A stretch of DNA of 64,000 nt from an uncultured virus (IMG/VR IMGVR_UViG_3300017786_003062) (taxonomy: Duplodnaviria > Heunggongvirae > Uroviricota > Caudoviricetes): the IMG/VR virus record IMGVR_UViG_3300017786_003062. One strand, 5' to 3'. Position 1 is the stretch's first letter. Each line of letters opens with the position of its first letter. A model generated the notes under the pieces. The model saw nothing but the letters and a program-made list of their open reading frames with translations, did not search any database and was not told where the DNA came from. Positions 17,789 through 27,807 of this stretch are shown here, one piece after another. Position numbers and translations under genes: made by a program.

Positions 17789-18640
17789 CTATTTTTTAAC
17801 AGGAGCGGTTTTAGCTACTGCATTCTTTCGATTGTGTTCTTCTAGTTGAGCTTCCCATTGTCCTTGATTCTGTCTAGTAAAGGAAGGATTCATATTATTC
17901 ATTTCTAAGATATCATCACGAATGTTTTGATTACGCTTTTCAATGTTAATAATTCTAACAAAACTATTTGTAACAGCGGCAGTATAATATGCAAATGGAT
18001 TATTTGATTTTGACTCGTCAAATTGTAATCCTATTTGTGTTAACTGTAAAATTGCTTGGCCACGCATTTCGTCATTGTAAGTATAACCTCTTACGTTACC
18101 ACGTGTAGCATATCGTTCACACAATTTCATCCACATCAAAGCAAGTTTATTAGTTGCTTGTCCGCCTCTTAAACTAAAGTGTCCATTCTCCATTCCGCCT
18201 TCCCAATGACTTTTACCTACAAGCTCTAATTCATCATTGTCATTGAACCTGTAGTGTACAAATGGGGGAAAGTTTAATTTTACCTTGGTATCTGCTATCG
18301 TTTTAGGATTTTTCTTCCTACCTTTTTCTTCTGGAATGTGATCATACGTCATAACACGGAAAATTAAGTCTGTTTTAGCTATTTTTCGGTAGTCTATTTC
18401 TGTATCTGCCTGCTTTACCTTCTCTCCAGCCTTCTTCCTTCGCTCATATTCAGCGTAACCAATGCGTTTCGCCTGGTTTCTTTTTGCTTCTGCTATAGTT
18501 CTGATGTTGATTTTTCCAACTTCAGGTAAAATAATATCATATTGGGCATAACTGTCGTCTGTAAAACTACTGTATGTACTCTTTGACTTATGTATTTCAG
18601 AAAGCAGATCTCTGTTGTTTAAGTAATTTACTTTTCTCAT
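17789..18640 (-). CDS. gp55: Late-transcription sigma factor
   Basis: NYLNNRDLL, GYTYNDEM, FDESKSNNPFAYYT..SFVRII; position next to gp47. Start moved to ATG 18640 because GGAG lies upstream of it. Confidence 0.88.
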   Translation of the reverse strand: MRKVNYLNNRDLLSEIHKSKSTYSSFTDDSYAQYDIILPEVGKINIRTIAEAKRNQAKRIGYAEYERRKKAGEKVKQADTEIDYRKIAKTDLIFRVMTYDHIPEEKGRKKNPKTIADTKVKLNFPPFVHYRFNDNDELELVGKSHWEGGMENGHFSLRGGQATNKLALMWMKLCERYATRGNVRGYTYNDEMRGQAILQLTQIGLQFDESKSNNPFAYYTAAVTNSFVRIINIEKRNQNIRDDILEMNNMNPSFTRQNQGQWEAQLEEHNRKNAVAKTAPVKK

Positions 18641-18666
18641 GTAAGAATTCTCCATATTAAAGTTCT

Positions 18667-18702
18667 ATTATAAACTACGTAGATAATAAAGTCAACTAAA
18701 TA
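18667..18702. promoter_or_regulatory. Sigma70 promoter TTGACT-N17-TATAAT (-, for gp55) adjoining a late TAAATA promoter (+, for baseplate operon)
   Basis: -35 at 18690-18695 and -10 at 18667-18672 on minus; TAAATA at 18697-18702 on plus. Confidence 0.75.
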
Positions 18703-18721
18703 ATGTAAAGGAGATCGCCAA

Positions 18722-19606
18722 ATGTCATCATTTGATTTTGCAAAACTAGGAAACAGTATTAAAAACGGGGTGAGTGATTTTACAAGCAACCTGACAGGTG
18801 CAGTAGAAGATGCGGCCAATGCTGTGTCTGATTTTGTAAATGTAGATGGGTTTGCTAAAGATATTCGATCTAAAAATTTGCCAGACGGTTCTCTAGCGAA
18901 ACTTGGTGGTACTGCAACTGAAACGGTTGGGTTTAAGAAGCCAGTTAACCGAGACTGGCGTGTTAGATTAAGTATTCCTAATGTGGCAAGTTTCAAAGCA
19001 TCTCCGTTATTAAGTCCATTAAAACAAACCAATGGATTAGTTTTTCCGTTTACCCCTACAATTATTGTAGCACACTCAGCAAACTATCAAGCAATTACCC
19101 CTACACATACTAATTATCCGTATTTTGCTTACCAGAACTCACAAGTGGATCAACTTGTTATTACAGGTGACTTTTTTGTACAAAATGGCGTTGAAGCAGA
19201 GTATTGGGTAGCGGCTTTGCATTATCTACGTTCAGCAACTAAAATGTTTTATGGTGGAGAAGCTGAAACATTAGGTGCACCGCCACCAGTTGTTAAACTT
19301 AATGGATACGGAGATTTTATTTTTAATAATGTGCCAGTTGTAGTAACAAACTTTACAGTTGACTTACCACAAGATGTTGACTATATTGCAACAGGACTTG
19401 GTAAAGCGATGTCAACAGAAAAAAGTGTATCAGGAGCCGCTGGGCAAACGATAAAAGAAAAACGAGATAGCGTAAGTTGGGCACCAACACAAAGTTTAAT
19501 AACAGTTACAGTACAACCGCTTTACAGTAGACGTGAAATTGAAAAATTTAGTTTACAGAATTATGTTAACGGTGAATATATTAAAAATGGCGGAGGATTT
19601 ATTTAA
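18722..19606 (+). CDS. Tail-tube-fold baseplate protein (tube initiator, gp48/gp54-like)
   Basis: GLVFPFTP, GAPPPVVKLNGYG, NVPVVVTNFTVDLP motif set; first gene of the baseplate operon. Confidence 0.6.
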   Translation: MSSFDFAKLGNSIKNGVSDFTSNLTGAVEDAANAVSDFVNVDGFAKDIRSKNLPDGSLAKLGGTATETVGFKKPVNRDWRVRLSIPNVASFKASPLLSPLKQTNGLVFPFTPTIIVAHSANYQAITPTHTNYPYFAYQNSQVDQLVITGDFFVQNGVEAEYWVAALHYLRSATKMFYGGEAETLGAPPPVVKLNGYGDFIFNNVPVVVTNFTVDLPQDVDYIATGLGKAMSTEKSVSGAAGQTIKEKRDSVSWAPTQSLITVTVQPLYSRREIEKFSLQNYVNGEYIKNGGGFI

Positions 19607-19911
19607 TGGCAGTTTACAGCCAATCAAGCCCGTGGCACAATACGCCTGAAAACGAAAGTGGCGAACATATGGATCTATTGAGGATTCGAACAGTACCGGC
19701 TTCGTCAGACGATGCGTTATATGAAGTTGAACCTCAATACAATCATCGTCCAGATTTATTAGCATATGACCTTTACGGTTCACCAAAACTGTGGTGGGTA
19801 TTTGCACAACGCAATATGGATACTATTAAAGATCCTATTTATGATTTAAAAGTGGGAACTAAAATTTATCTTCCAAAGGCATCGGATATCAAGTCTAGAC
19901 TGGGAGTTTAA
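19606..19911 (+). CDS. gp53: Baseplate wedge LysM-like protein
   Basis: RPDLLAYDLYGSPKLWWVFAQRN..DPIYDLKVGTKIYLP. Confidence 0.85.
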   Translation: MAVYSQSSPWHNTPENESGEHMDLLRIRTVPASSDDALYEVEPQYNHRPDLLAYDLYGSPKLWWVFAQRNMDTIKDPIYDLKVGTKIYLPKASDIKSRLGV

Positions 19912-19913
19912 AT

Positions 19914-22268
19914 ATGTCTCTCCTAGGTGAAATAAACAAACTTAAAAACGAAAAAATAAGACTTGAAAACTTAGTCAAAAACGAGCTTGGCGGAAATCCT
20001 CATAGCTTTATGTCTGAAGAAGATATTAAAGCGGCAAAACAATCTTTATCTAAAGTTAAGCAAGATTTAGCAAGAAGTCAGCGTGTTAATAAGATTCAAA
20101 GAAACACAATAGATAATGAACTAGAACAATTTACCTCAGTAAATCATATGTTTGGATTATACTGTTTATCCACAGACGAAATATTAGACCCTGACAATAC
20201 ATATATGGGTGCCCAAGGCGAACCAGAAGTAGTTATTATTAAAAGTGGCGGCGGAACTAGAGCTATGGGCGAACGTAAAGCTCAAACTATGTTAGAAAAA
20301 GCCGGAGGTAGAGTTGAATACTTTATGGATGATGTTACTATTGAATCTGTAATAGGATATAATAGTGAAACTCGTGCAATGCAAATGCACAAGGGTGGAT
20401 TTTCAGTAACAGAACCTTACAGCATGGGACAGTTTCTTGAAACTTTACAAGTTGCGGCTGTTATGGCTGGACACTTAACTTATACGTTTGCAACATTTTT
20501 ATTAACAATTGAATTTGTAGGATATACAGATGACAATCAAATGAAGCGTATTGCAAAACGACAAATACCAATTAAGATAACAGATTCAACAATGTCTGTT
20601 AGTTCTTCTGGTACAGTTTACGAAACAACATTTATTTCTGCAAATTCTAGTGCTAACAGTGATTCAGTACAAAAAATTCCATCAGACATTCAAATTGTTG
20701 GAGGCGATCTCCAAGAAGCATTACAAAGTGGAATACAAAGTTTAACTACTGTGCTTAATACTAATTTGTTAAAACGTGAAGAAGGTAATAAAAAGAAATT
20801 TGCTGATCAATTCATTATATTATTTCCACCTGGTGATGCTTTAGAAAGTAGAAAACTAGCTACTAAGAAAGAAGATGATGCTACAGTTAACGATATAACT
20901 GCTCAAGAAAAAGTTGAGTCATTAACAGGTAAATCTCAAAGTACACAAATAATTGACTACGAAGCATTTTTAGAAAAAATTGCAGGTGTTTCAGTAAAAA
21001 GGTCAGACCTTGGCGAAGCTATTGTATCACAAAGTTTAGCAACCGGAAATATAAATCCTATCGGAACATCAAAACTAGTTACTGATAAATTGCAAAATGG
21101 TAGTATTCAAAGTGCTGGAGCCGATAAAGTTTATGATGAACAAAAAGATGTTTATGAACAAAAAGCAAATTATATACCAGAAGGCAAACGTGCTTTTAAG
21201 TTTGAAAAGGGTACAAAGATTAACAGCATTATTGAGGAAATGGTTTTATCAAGTGAATATGGTAAAAGTTTATTAGATCAAAAATTAGTTGACGGCTTCC
21301 GTCCTTGGTTTAGTATATTGCCAATGGTGTTTCAAGTTCCGGTAAAGGATATAGAAGCAAGTAAAGGCCGTCCACCGTTTATCTATATTTTTAAAGTAAT
21401 ACCGTATGAAGTACATGCTAGTACTTGGATGGGTCCTGGAGATGTTGCACCGGCAACACCAATAGATCATATTGCAAAAGAATACAATTATTTGTACACA
21501 GGTAAAAACAAAAATGTATTAGAATTTGATCTAACATTTAATAACAGATATCTAACACCTGTTCCAAGAGATGGTAGTGCAGATACAGAAACTGCACAGA
21601 ATGATGGAGCAAGTGCTACAGCTAATAGTGAAGACAAATCAAATATAATAGCACAAAAAGAAGGCGACCCTACACCGTCATTAGATCCTTTAAAATCAAT
21701 TATTGAATCTGATATTGAAATTATTACATCAGGTATGAGAGCTGTACCATCAGATGCTAAAGAAGTAATTGCACGTACTTTCCATAAAGCATTGGTCTAT
21801 AGTATGGTAGATTTAGTAAGAGTTGAATTGCAAATAATGGGAGATCCTTATTACATTAGTGATAGTGGTACAGGAAATTATATGTCAGCACAAGGATCAA
21901 CTTGGTTTGCAGACGAAAACGGACATATTGATCATGTACGTAGTCAACAGTTTATTGAATTAAATTTTAAAACACCTTATGATTATAGTGCATCATCAAG
22001 TACAGTAGAATTTCCTGTAACTAACGATGAAGCCGGTGGGGTTAAAGTTAGACAATTTAGTGGATTATATAAAGTAACTTATGTTAAGTCTGAATTTAAT
22101 CAAGGTAAGTTTATACAAACACTATCATTGTTAAGAATGAATACACAAACAGAATTAGATTACAAAAAACAAAAAGGACCTGAAGAAGATCAAGGACCAG
22201 CCGAAGAAGGCACTATAGCAAAAAATCATCAACCTGGTTATGGCTATGGCGGAGGACACCACGCATGA
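19914..22268 (+). CDS. Baseplate hub protein (gp27/gpD-like)
   Basis: Between gp53 and gp5; C-terminal ELQIMGDP..FSGLYKVTYVKSEFNQGKFIQTLSLLR typical of hub proteins. Confidence 0.6.
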   Translation: MSLLGEINKLKNEKIRLENLVKNELGGNPHSFMSEEDIKAAKQSLSKVKQDLARSQRVNKIQRNTIDNELEQFTSVNHMFGLYCLSTDEILDPDNTYMGAQGEPEVVIIKSGGGTRAMGERKAQTMLEKAGGRVEYFMDDVTIESVIGYNSETRAMQMHKGGFSVTEPYSMGQFLETLQVAAVMAGHLTYTFATFLLTIEFVGYTDDNQMKRIAKRQIPIKITDSTMSVSSSGTVYETTFISANSSANSDSVQKIPSDIQIVGGDLQEALQSGIQSLTTVLNTNLLKREEGNKKKFADQFIILFPPGDALESRKLATKKEDDATVNDITAQEKVESLTGKSQSTQIIDYEAFLEKIAGVSVKRSDLGEAIVSQSLATGNINPIGTSKLVTDKLQNGSIQSAGADKVYDEQKDVYEQKANYIPEGKRAFKFEKGTKINSIIEEMVLSSEYGKSLLDQKLVDGFRPWFSILPMVFQVPVKDIEASKGRPPFIYIFKVIPYEVHASTWMGPGDVAPATPIDHIAKEYNYLYTGKNKNVLEFDLTFNNRYLTPVPRDGSADTETAQNDGASATANSEDKSNIIAQKEGDPTPSLDPLKSIIESDIEIITSGMRAVPSDAKEVIARTFHKALVYSMVDLVRVELQIMGDPYYISDSGTGNYMSAQGSTWFADENGHIDHVRSQQFIELNFKTPYDYSASSSTVEFPVTNDEAGGVKVRQFSGLYKVTYVKSEFNQGKFIQTLSLLRMNTQTELDYKKQKGPEEDQGPAEEGTIAKNHQPGYGYGGGHHA

Positions 22269-23842
22269 TGAATCCATTACTAGATAAAGTTTCAAAAGAT
22301 AAAACTCCAATAATGATGCCAGGGCCATACCTTGCTAAGGTAGTGAGCTTTATTGATTCTGAGTACATGGGTACTTTACAAGTACAGTTATTAAAAACTA
22401 CCACAACAGGTAACCCAAACTTTGCTGGCGGATCAATGTACCAAGCAAAATACTTGTCACCGTTTACAGGACAAACTCCAAGAAACGGAGTAACAGCAAA
22501 CGACGGTTATAGAGATAGTCAACAAGCATATGGTATGTGGATGATTCCACCTGACATTGGAACACAGGTTCTTATAATTTTTGCAGAAGGTAACCCAAAT
22601 ATGTGTTACTGGTTAGGCTGTGTTCAAGATAGGTATATGAATTTTTCTGTACCGGGAAATGCCGCAACGTCATTTACTAAAAAAGTTGATGCTGATGGGA
22701 ATGATCTAATTGACGAAAAAATGAAACCTGCTAAATTGCCGGTTAGTGAATACAACAAAGTAACTGAAACAGGACTTGCACAAGATCCTACAAAGTTTGA
22801 AAAGCCACACCAAAAAGAATTTGTAAATGGCTTAGTTGACTCAGGATTAATATTTGACGAAACAAGAGGAATTACAACTTCAAGTGCAAGACGTGAAGTA
22901 CCAAGTGCAGTCTTTGGATTTAATACTCCTGGACCTATTGATAAACGTCCTGGTGCTCCTAAATCAAGAATAGGTACTAACGAAGAATTTGTTGACGTTT
23001 ATAAATCAAGACTTGGCGGAACTTCTCTTGTAGCAGATGACGGAGATGATAAATTTTTAAGAAAAACAACAGCAGACAAAGGTCCACCAGAGTATGCTGA
23101 TGTAATGCAAAATGAAACAGATGGTAAAAGGGAATTACCACACAACGAATTATTCCGTGTGCGTACTAGAACAGGACACCAAATACTTTTACATAATACA
23201 GAAGATCTAATCTACATAGCTAATGCTAGAGGAACTGCTTGGCTTGAAATGACAAGTGATGGTAAAATTGACATTTATGCAGAAGATAGTATTAGTATGT
23301 ATAGTGGTAATGATTTTAATTTTACAGCAAATCGTAATGTTACTATTGAAGCTGGTGCAAATTTATACTTAAAAGCAAGTGACAATCACAATGCTAGTTC
23401 AAAGAAAGGCGGTAAAATACAAATAGAATCTGCCGCTGATACAAATATTTTAATTGGTGCTAACGGTAAGATTACAACATCAACTAACTTTGATCTAAAC
23501 ACAGGTTCTGCAAACAAGTTTACAGCAGGTACAACTACTGATATACTCAGCGGAGGAAACCATACAGAAACAGCACCTAAGATTGATATGAACGGCCCAA
23601 CAGCCGCAACAGCTGAACAAGTTAGTCCGTTGAACACACATATTAACCCAGGACCATCAGCATTAGGATGGTTAACTCAGCGTATGCCACAGCATGAACC
23701 GTGGCCATGGCATGAAAATTTAAATCCTCAAGCATTTAAACCAGTTGCTACTGATAGGGATAATAATTTTACAACTAAAAACGATGAACCAACACCTAGT
23801 ATTCCTGATACATTTAAGAAAACTAGTAAAGCTAATGAATAA
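22265..23842 (+). CDS. gp5: Baseplate central spike, gp5/VgrG-like
   Basis: OB-fold YGMWMIPPDIGTQVLIIFAEG..YWLGC; RTRTGHQILL..LEMTSDGKIDIYA; beta-helix repeats; C-terminal PQHEPW. Confidence 0.8.
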   Translation: MMNPLLDKVSKDKTPIMMPGPYLAKVVSFIDSEYMGTLQVQLLKTTTTGNPNFAGGSMYQAKYLSPFTGQTPRNGVTANDGYRDSQQAYGMWMIPPDIGTQVLIIFAEGNPNMCYWLGCVQDRYMNFSVPGNAATSFTKKVDADGNDLIDEKMKPAKLPVSEYNKVTETGLAQDPTKFEKPHQKEFVNGLVDSGLIFDETRGITTSSARREVPSAVFGFNTPGPIDKRPGAPKSRIGTNEEFVDVYKSRLGGTSLVADDGDDKFLRKTTADKGPPEYADVMQNETDGKRELPHNELFRVRTRTGHQILLHNTEDLIYIANARGTAWLEMTSDGKIDIYAEDSISMYSGNDFNFTANRNVTIEAGANLYLKASDNHNASSKKGGKIQIESAADTNILIGANGKITTSTNFDLNTGSANKFTAGTTTDILSGGNHTETAPKIDMNGPTAATAEQVSPLNTHINPGPSALGWLTQRMPQHEPWPWHENLNPQAFKPVATDRDNNFTTKNDEPTPSIPDTFKKTSKANE

Positions 23843-23862
23843 CCAGTAAGGTAAATATTGAT

Positions 23863-24300
23863 ATGGCAAGCGAACTATACAAAAACATTAAAGTTAACAG
23901 CGATTTAGCACCACCTAATCCAACGACAACTAATCGTGCTTACAAAGGTCTTAGTACAGTTAATCCGGAAAATGTTAGTAAAACATTGTACGACATTGGG
24001 TTAATTAAACAAGACTTGCTTAATCACTTTCATATTAGACAAGGTGAAAAATTAATGAATCCTGAGTTTGGAACAATTATTTGGGACGCAATATTTGAGC
24101 CAATGACGCCGTCAATGGAAGAAGCAATAGCAGAAAATGTTAAAAGAATTGTAAATTCAGACCCAAGAGTTACTGCAAATTCAGTTATTATTGACACATA
24201 CGAAAGTGGTATCATTATAGATTGTGATTTAACATATTTGCCGTATAATATCAGCGAAAAAATGCGTTTAACGTTTGATGAAAACTCGGGAATGAATTAA
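23863..24300 (+). CDS. gp25: Baseplate wedge subunit / sheath initiator
   Basis: IKQDLLNHFHIRQGEKLMNPEFGTIIWDAIFEP..DPRV. Confidence 0.92.
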   Translation: MASELYKNIKVNSDLAPPNPTTTNRAYKGLSTVNPENVSKTLYDIGLIKQDLLNHFHIRQGEKLMNPEFGTIIWDAIFEPMTPSMEEAIAENVKRIVNSDPRVTANSVIIDTYESGIIIDCDLTYLPYNISEKMRLTFDENSGMN

Positions 24301-24353
24301 CTACACACTTAACAGATTACACTAAATAGTATTATACTAAGGAAAGCAAACAA

Positions 24354-27300
24354 ATGGCGGCAACAGATAGACAGAATAGATTATTAATAGCAGAAGATTG
24401 GGCTAAAGTATACCAATCTTTCCGTAATGCTGAATTTAAATCTTACGATTTTGACAACTTACGTAGAACAATGATTAACTATCTGCGTCAAAACTATCCA
24501 GAAGATTTTAACGATTACATTGAATCAAGTGAATACTTGGCACTAATTGACCTTATTGCTTTCCTAGGACAAAACGTTGCTTTCCGTGTTGATTTAAATG
24601 CTAGAGAAAACTTTTTAGAACTTGCATCACGTAGAGAAAGTGTTCTACGTTTAGCACGTTTGCTTTCTTACAATCCAAAGCGTAATAAACCAGCTAACGG
24701 ATTGCTTAAAATGGAAAGTGCTTCAACGTCAGAAGATATATTAGATAGTAATGGTACAAATCTTGCTAACCAAGGAGTTATTTGGAACGATCCTAGTAAT
24801 TCTAATTGGAGAGAGCAATTTGAAAGAGTACTTAATGCCGCATTGCCACTTAATTCGCAATACGGAAAACCAATTAAAAAAGATAAAGTAGAAGGTGTTC
24901 CAACAGACCAGTATAGATTTAACGGATCAAACACCGATGTTCCAGTTTACACTTTTAGTAAAAATGTTGACGGTAGAAGTTTACAGTTTCAACTTGTTAG
25001 TACTGATGTCGTTGATGGTGTTATATCAGAAGAAGCACCACTTCCAGGAAACAGTTTAGGATTTCTTTATAGAGATGATGGCAGAGGACCAGGTTCGTCA
25101 AACTCAGGATTTTTTGCACACTTCCGTCAAGGTACTCTTGACAGCGGAGTATTTAATGTTGATACACCAAGCACTAACCAAACAGTAAGCATTGATGCAA
25201 CTAACGTTAACAATGACGATGTTTGGCTTTACAAACTAAACTCAGTTGGCGCTGAGGATCAGTTATGGACAAAGGTTGATGCAGTTGAAGGAAACAACAT
25301 TGTTTATAATAGTACAAGAAAAAATCAAAGAAACATTTATGCTGTATTAACAAAAGCACAAGACTCAATTGATATGATCTTTAGTGATGGAACATTTGGT
25401 AATCTTCCTAAAGGACAATTTAAAGCATTTTTTAGAACTAGTGCAAATGATACATTTAATGTTGTTCCTAAAGACTTAACAAATATTTCTGTAACAGTTC
25501 CTTATACATCTAAAGCAGGAAACGCTGAAGTATTAAACTTAGTATTTTCTTTAAAGTATACAGTTGACAATGCAAGTTTAAGTGAATCAAACGCAAGTAT
25601 TAAAGCAAATGCTCCTGCAACGTACTACACACAAAATAGAATGGTAACTGGTGAAGATTACCAAGTTGCACCATTAGGAGTTAGCCAAGAAATTATTAAA
25701 GTAAAAACTGTTAATAGAACAGCAAGTGGTATTAGTAGATATTACGATCTACTTGATGCAACAGGAAAGTATTCAAATACTAGTTTGTTTGGTACAGACG
25801 GTTTGCTATACAAAGAATTAACAGACAGTAAAGAGTCGTTTACTTTTAGTACTAGAACAGATGTTGAAGGTACTATTGAAAATACAATTACTCCAATACT
25901 GTCAAAAACATCAGTTATTAATTATTACTTAGATAAGTTTCCAAAAGTTTTAGTTTCTGATTTACAAGCAAGTTGGTCACAGTCGTCAACAAGTACAAAT
26001 TACAGTACAGGTAAGTTTTTAGATTCAGTTAGTTCTACATACCAAGTTGGAACATTTACAGGTAGTGGATTACGTTTTATTGAACCAGGAAGTTTAATTA
26101 AATTTGTTGCACCAGCAGGACAGTATTTTGCTAAAGATGGTACACTTGCAACTGGAAATATTTTACCAGCAGGAACAAAAACATATTCTTGGACTAAAGT
26201 TATTTCTGTAGTAGGCGATGGCAGAACTGATAATACTGACGGTAGTGGACCAATTGCATTTAACGATGTAATACCAACAGGTGCAGTACTTTCAGAGATT
26301 AGACCAAAGTTTAGTAAAGCACTTGTTACTGATGTTAAAACACAAATTATTGATCAAATTTTTGCATACAAAACATTTGGATTAAGATACGATACGAATT
26401 TAAGACAATGGCGTTTAATTACAGAAAACAATTTAGATATCACAAGTAACTTTAGTACAGGTAAAACAGGTGATATTACTAACCAGCAATTAGATGCAAG
26501 TTGGTTGTTACTATTTGAAACAGACGGAGCTCAGTATACTGTAAGTTACAGAGGGTTACGATATGTGTTTGAAAGTAATCAAGAAATTAAATTCTTTTAC
26601 GATAGCGAACAAAAAATTTACGATAATAAAACAGGACAAATTGTTAAAGATAAAATTGAAGTACTATCTATTAATACAGTTCCAGATGCTATTACACCAT
26701 TTACTATTGATTATCCTTGGCAAATTACAAAAGAGTATAGAGATCCTGAAGGATATATTGATAGCAAAAAAGTTGAAGTTGGGTTCTTTGATACAGACGA
26801 TGATTCAGTTGTTGATGATCCAGATACATTTAACGTATTAATTGCACCTGAAACTAATGTTAATGATAAATTTGTTTTCTTAAAGAAATACATAACATCA
26901 GATAATATTGAAGATTTTAAATATGTTGACAATGATATTGAAAAAATTACAGTTGTTACTAATGATAGTTTTATTCAAACTTCAGGCATGCCAACAGGAA
27001 AAGTATTTTATGTTGTAAAAACAGATGTATTTAAAAAGTATGATGCAACTACATTGTTACTAACACAAACAACAGACTACAAAGCATTCACAGGTAGAGA
27101 TAAATTAAAATTCCATTATGTGCATACAGCAGATGATGATGCTCGTATTGATCCAAGTAGTTCTAATATTAATGATTGTTACTTGTTAACAAAAACATAC
27201 GATACAAACTTTAGACAATATTTAAGTGGTGTAACATCAAGTTTACCATTGCCTCCAAGTAGTGATAACTTGTTTAATAGTTATGGTGCTGAAATTAATA

Positions 27301-27794
27301 AAATTAAGTCAATTAGTGATGAGCTAATTTATCATCCAGTTAAGTATAAAGTACTGTTCGGAGATAAAGCAGAAACTAATATGCAGGCAACATTTAAAAT
27401 TGTAAAAAACCCAGAACAAGTTGTTAATGATAATGATATTAAATCAAAAGTTATTAATGCAATCAACCAATTCTTTGCATTAGAGAACTGGGACTTTGGT
27501 GATACTTTTTACTTTACAGAATTAAGCACATACGTAATGAACGCAGTTAACCCGGACTTAGTAAGTTTGATTATTGTTCCAAAACAAACAGGACAAGCAT
27601 TTGGTAGTTTGTTTGAAATACGTAGCGAATCAGATGAAATTTTTATCAGTGGTGCGACAGTTGATGATGTTCAAGTTATTGATGCAATTACGGCAAGTAG
27701 AATACAAGCAACAGGAAATGTTGTAACAGCGTCAAGTACGTCAACAAACAGCGGAATTACAAGTGGCACTACTTACAGTAGTTCATCTTATTAA
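24354..27794 (+). CDS. gp6: Baseplate wedge protein, gp6-like
   Basis: YDFDNLR, FNDYIESSE, ENFLELASRRESVLRLARLLSYNPKR, FSDGTFG, QNRMVTGEDY. Confidence 0.9.
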   Translation: MAATDRQNRLLIAEDWAKVYQSFRNAEFKSYDFDNLRRTMINYLRQNYPEDFNDYIESSEYLALIDLIAFLGQNVAFRVDLNARENFLELASRRESVLRLARLLSYNPKRNKPANGLLKMESASTSEDILDSNGTNLANQGVIWNDPSNSNWREQFERVLNAALPLNSQYGKPIKKDKVEGVPTDQYRFNGSNTDVPVYTFSKNVDGRSLQFQLVSTDVVDGVISEEAPLPGNSLGFLYRDDGRGPGSSNSGFFAHFRQGTLDSGVFNVDTPSTNQTVSIDATNVNNDDVWLYKLNSVGAEDQLWTKVDAVEGNNIVYNSTRKNQRNIYAVLTKAQDSIDMIFSDGTFGNLPKGQFKAFFRTSANDTFNVVPKDLTNISVTVPYTSKAGNAEVLNLVFSLKYTVDNASLSESNASIKANAPATYYTQNRMVTGEDYQVAPLGVSQEIIKVKTVNRTASGISRYYDLLDATGKYSNTSLFGTDGLLYKELTDSKESFTFSTRTDVEGTIENTITPILSKTSVINYYLDKFPKVLVSDLQASWSQSSTSTNYSTGKFLDSVSSTYQVGTFTGSGLRFIEPGSLIKFVAPAGQYFAKDGTLATGNILPAGTKTYSWTKVISVVGDGRTDNTDGSGPIAFNDVIPTGAVLSEIRPKFSKALVTDVKTQIIDQIFAYKTFGLRYDTNLRQWRLITENNLDITSNFSTGKTGDITNQQLDASWLLLFETDGAQYTVSYRGLRYVFESNQEIKFFYDSEQKIYDNKTGQIVKDKIEVLSINTVPDAITPFTIDYPWQITKEYRDPEGYIDSKKVEVGFFDTDDDSVVDDPDTFNVLIAPETNVNDKFVFLKKYITSDNIEDFKYVDNDIEKITVVTNDSFIQTSGMPTGKVFYVVKTDVFKKYDATTLLLTQTTDYKAFTGRDKLKFHYVHTADDDARIDPSSSNINDCYLLTKTYDTNFRQYLSGVTSSLPLPPSSDNLFNSYGAEINKIKSISDELIYHPVKYKVLFGDKAETNMQATFKIVKNPEQVVNDNDIKSKVINAINQFFALENWDFGDTFYFTELSTYVMNAVNPDLVSLIIVPKQTGQAFGSLFEIRSESDEIFISGATVDDVQVIDAITASRIQATGNVVTASSTSTNSGITSGTTYSSSSY

Positions 27795-27807
27795 GGGGAT
27801 AAGCTAA

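Noticed and set aside
18637..18655. Longer gp55 start (MENSY...) given by the ORF track
   Set aside because: The extra codons contain the GGAG SD for ATG 18640, and the gp55-like motif begins right after that ATG
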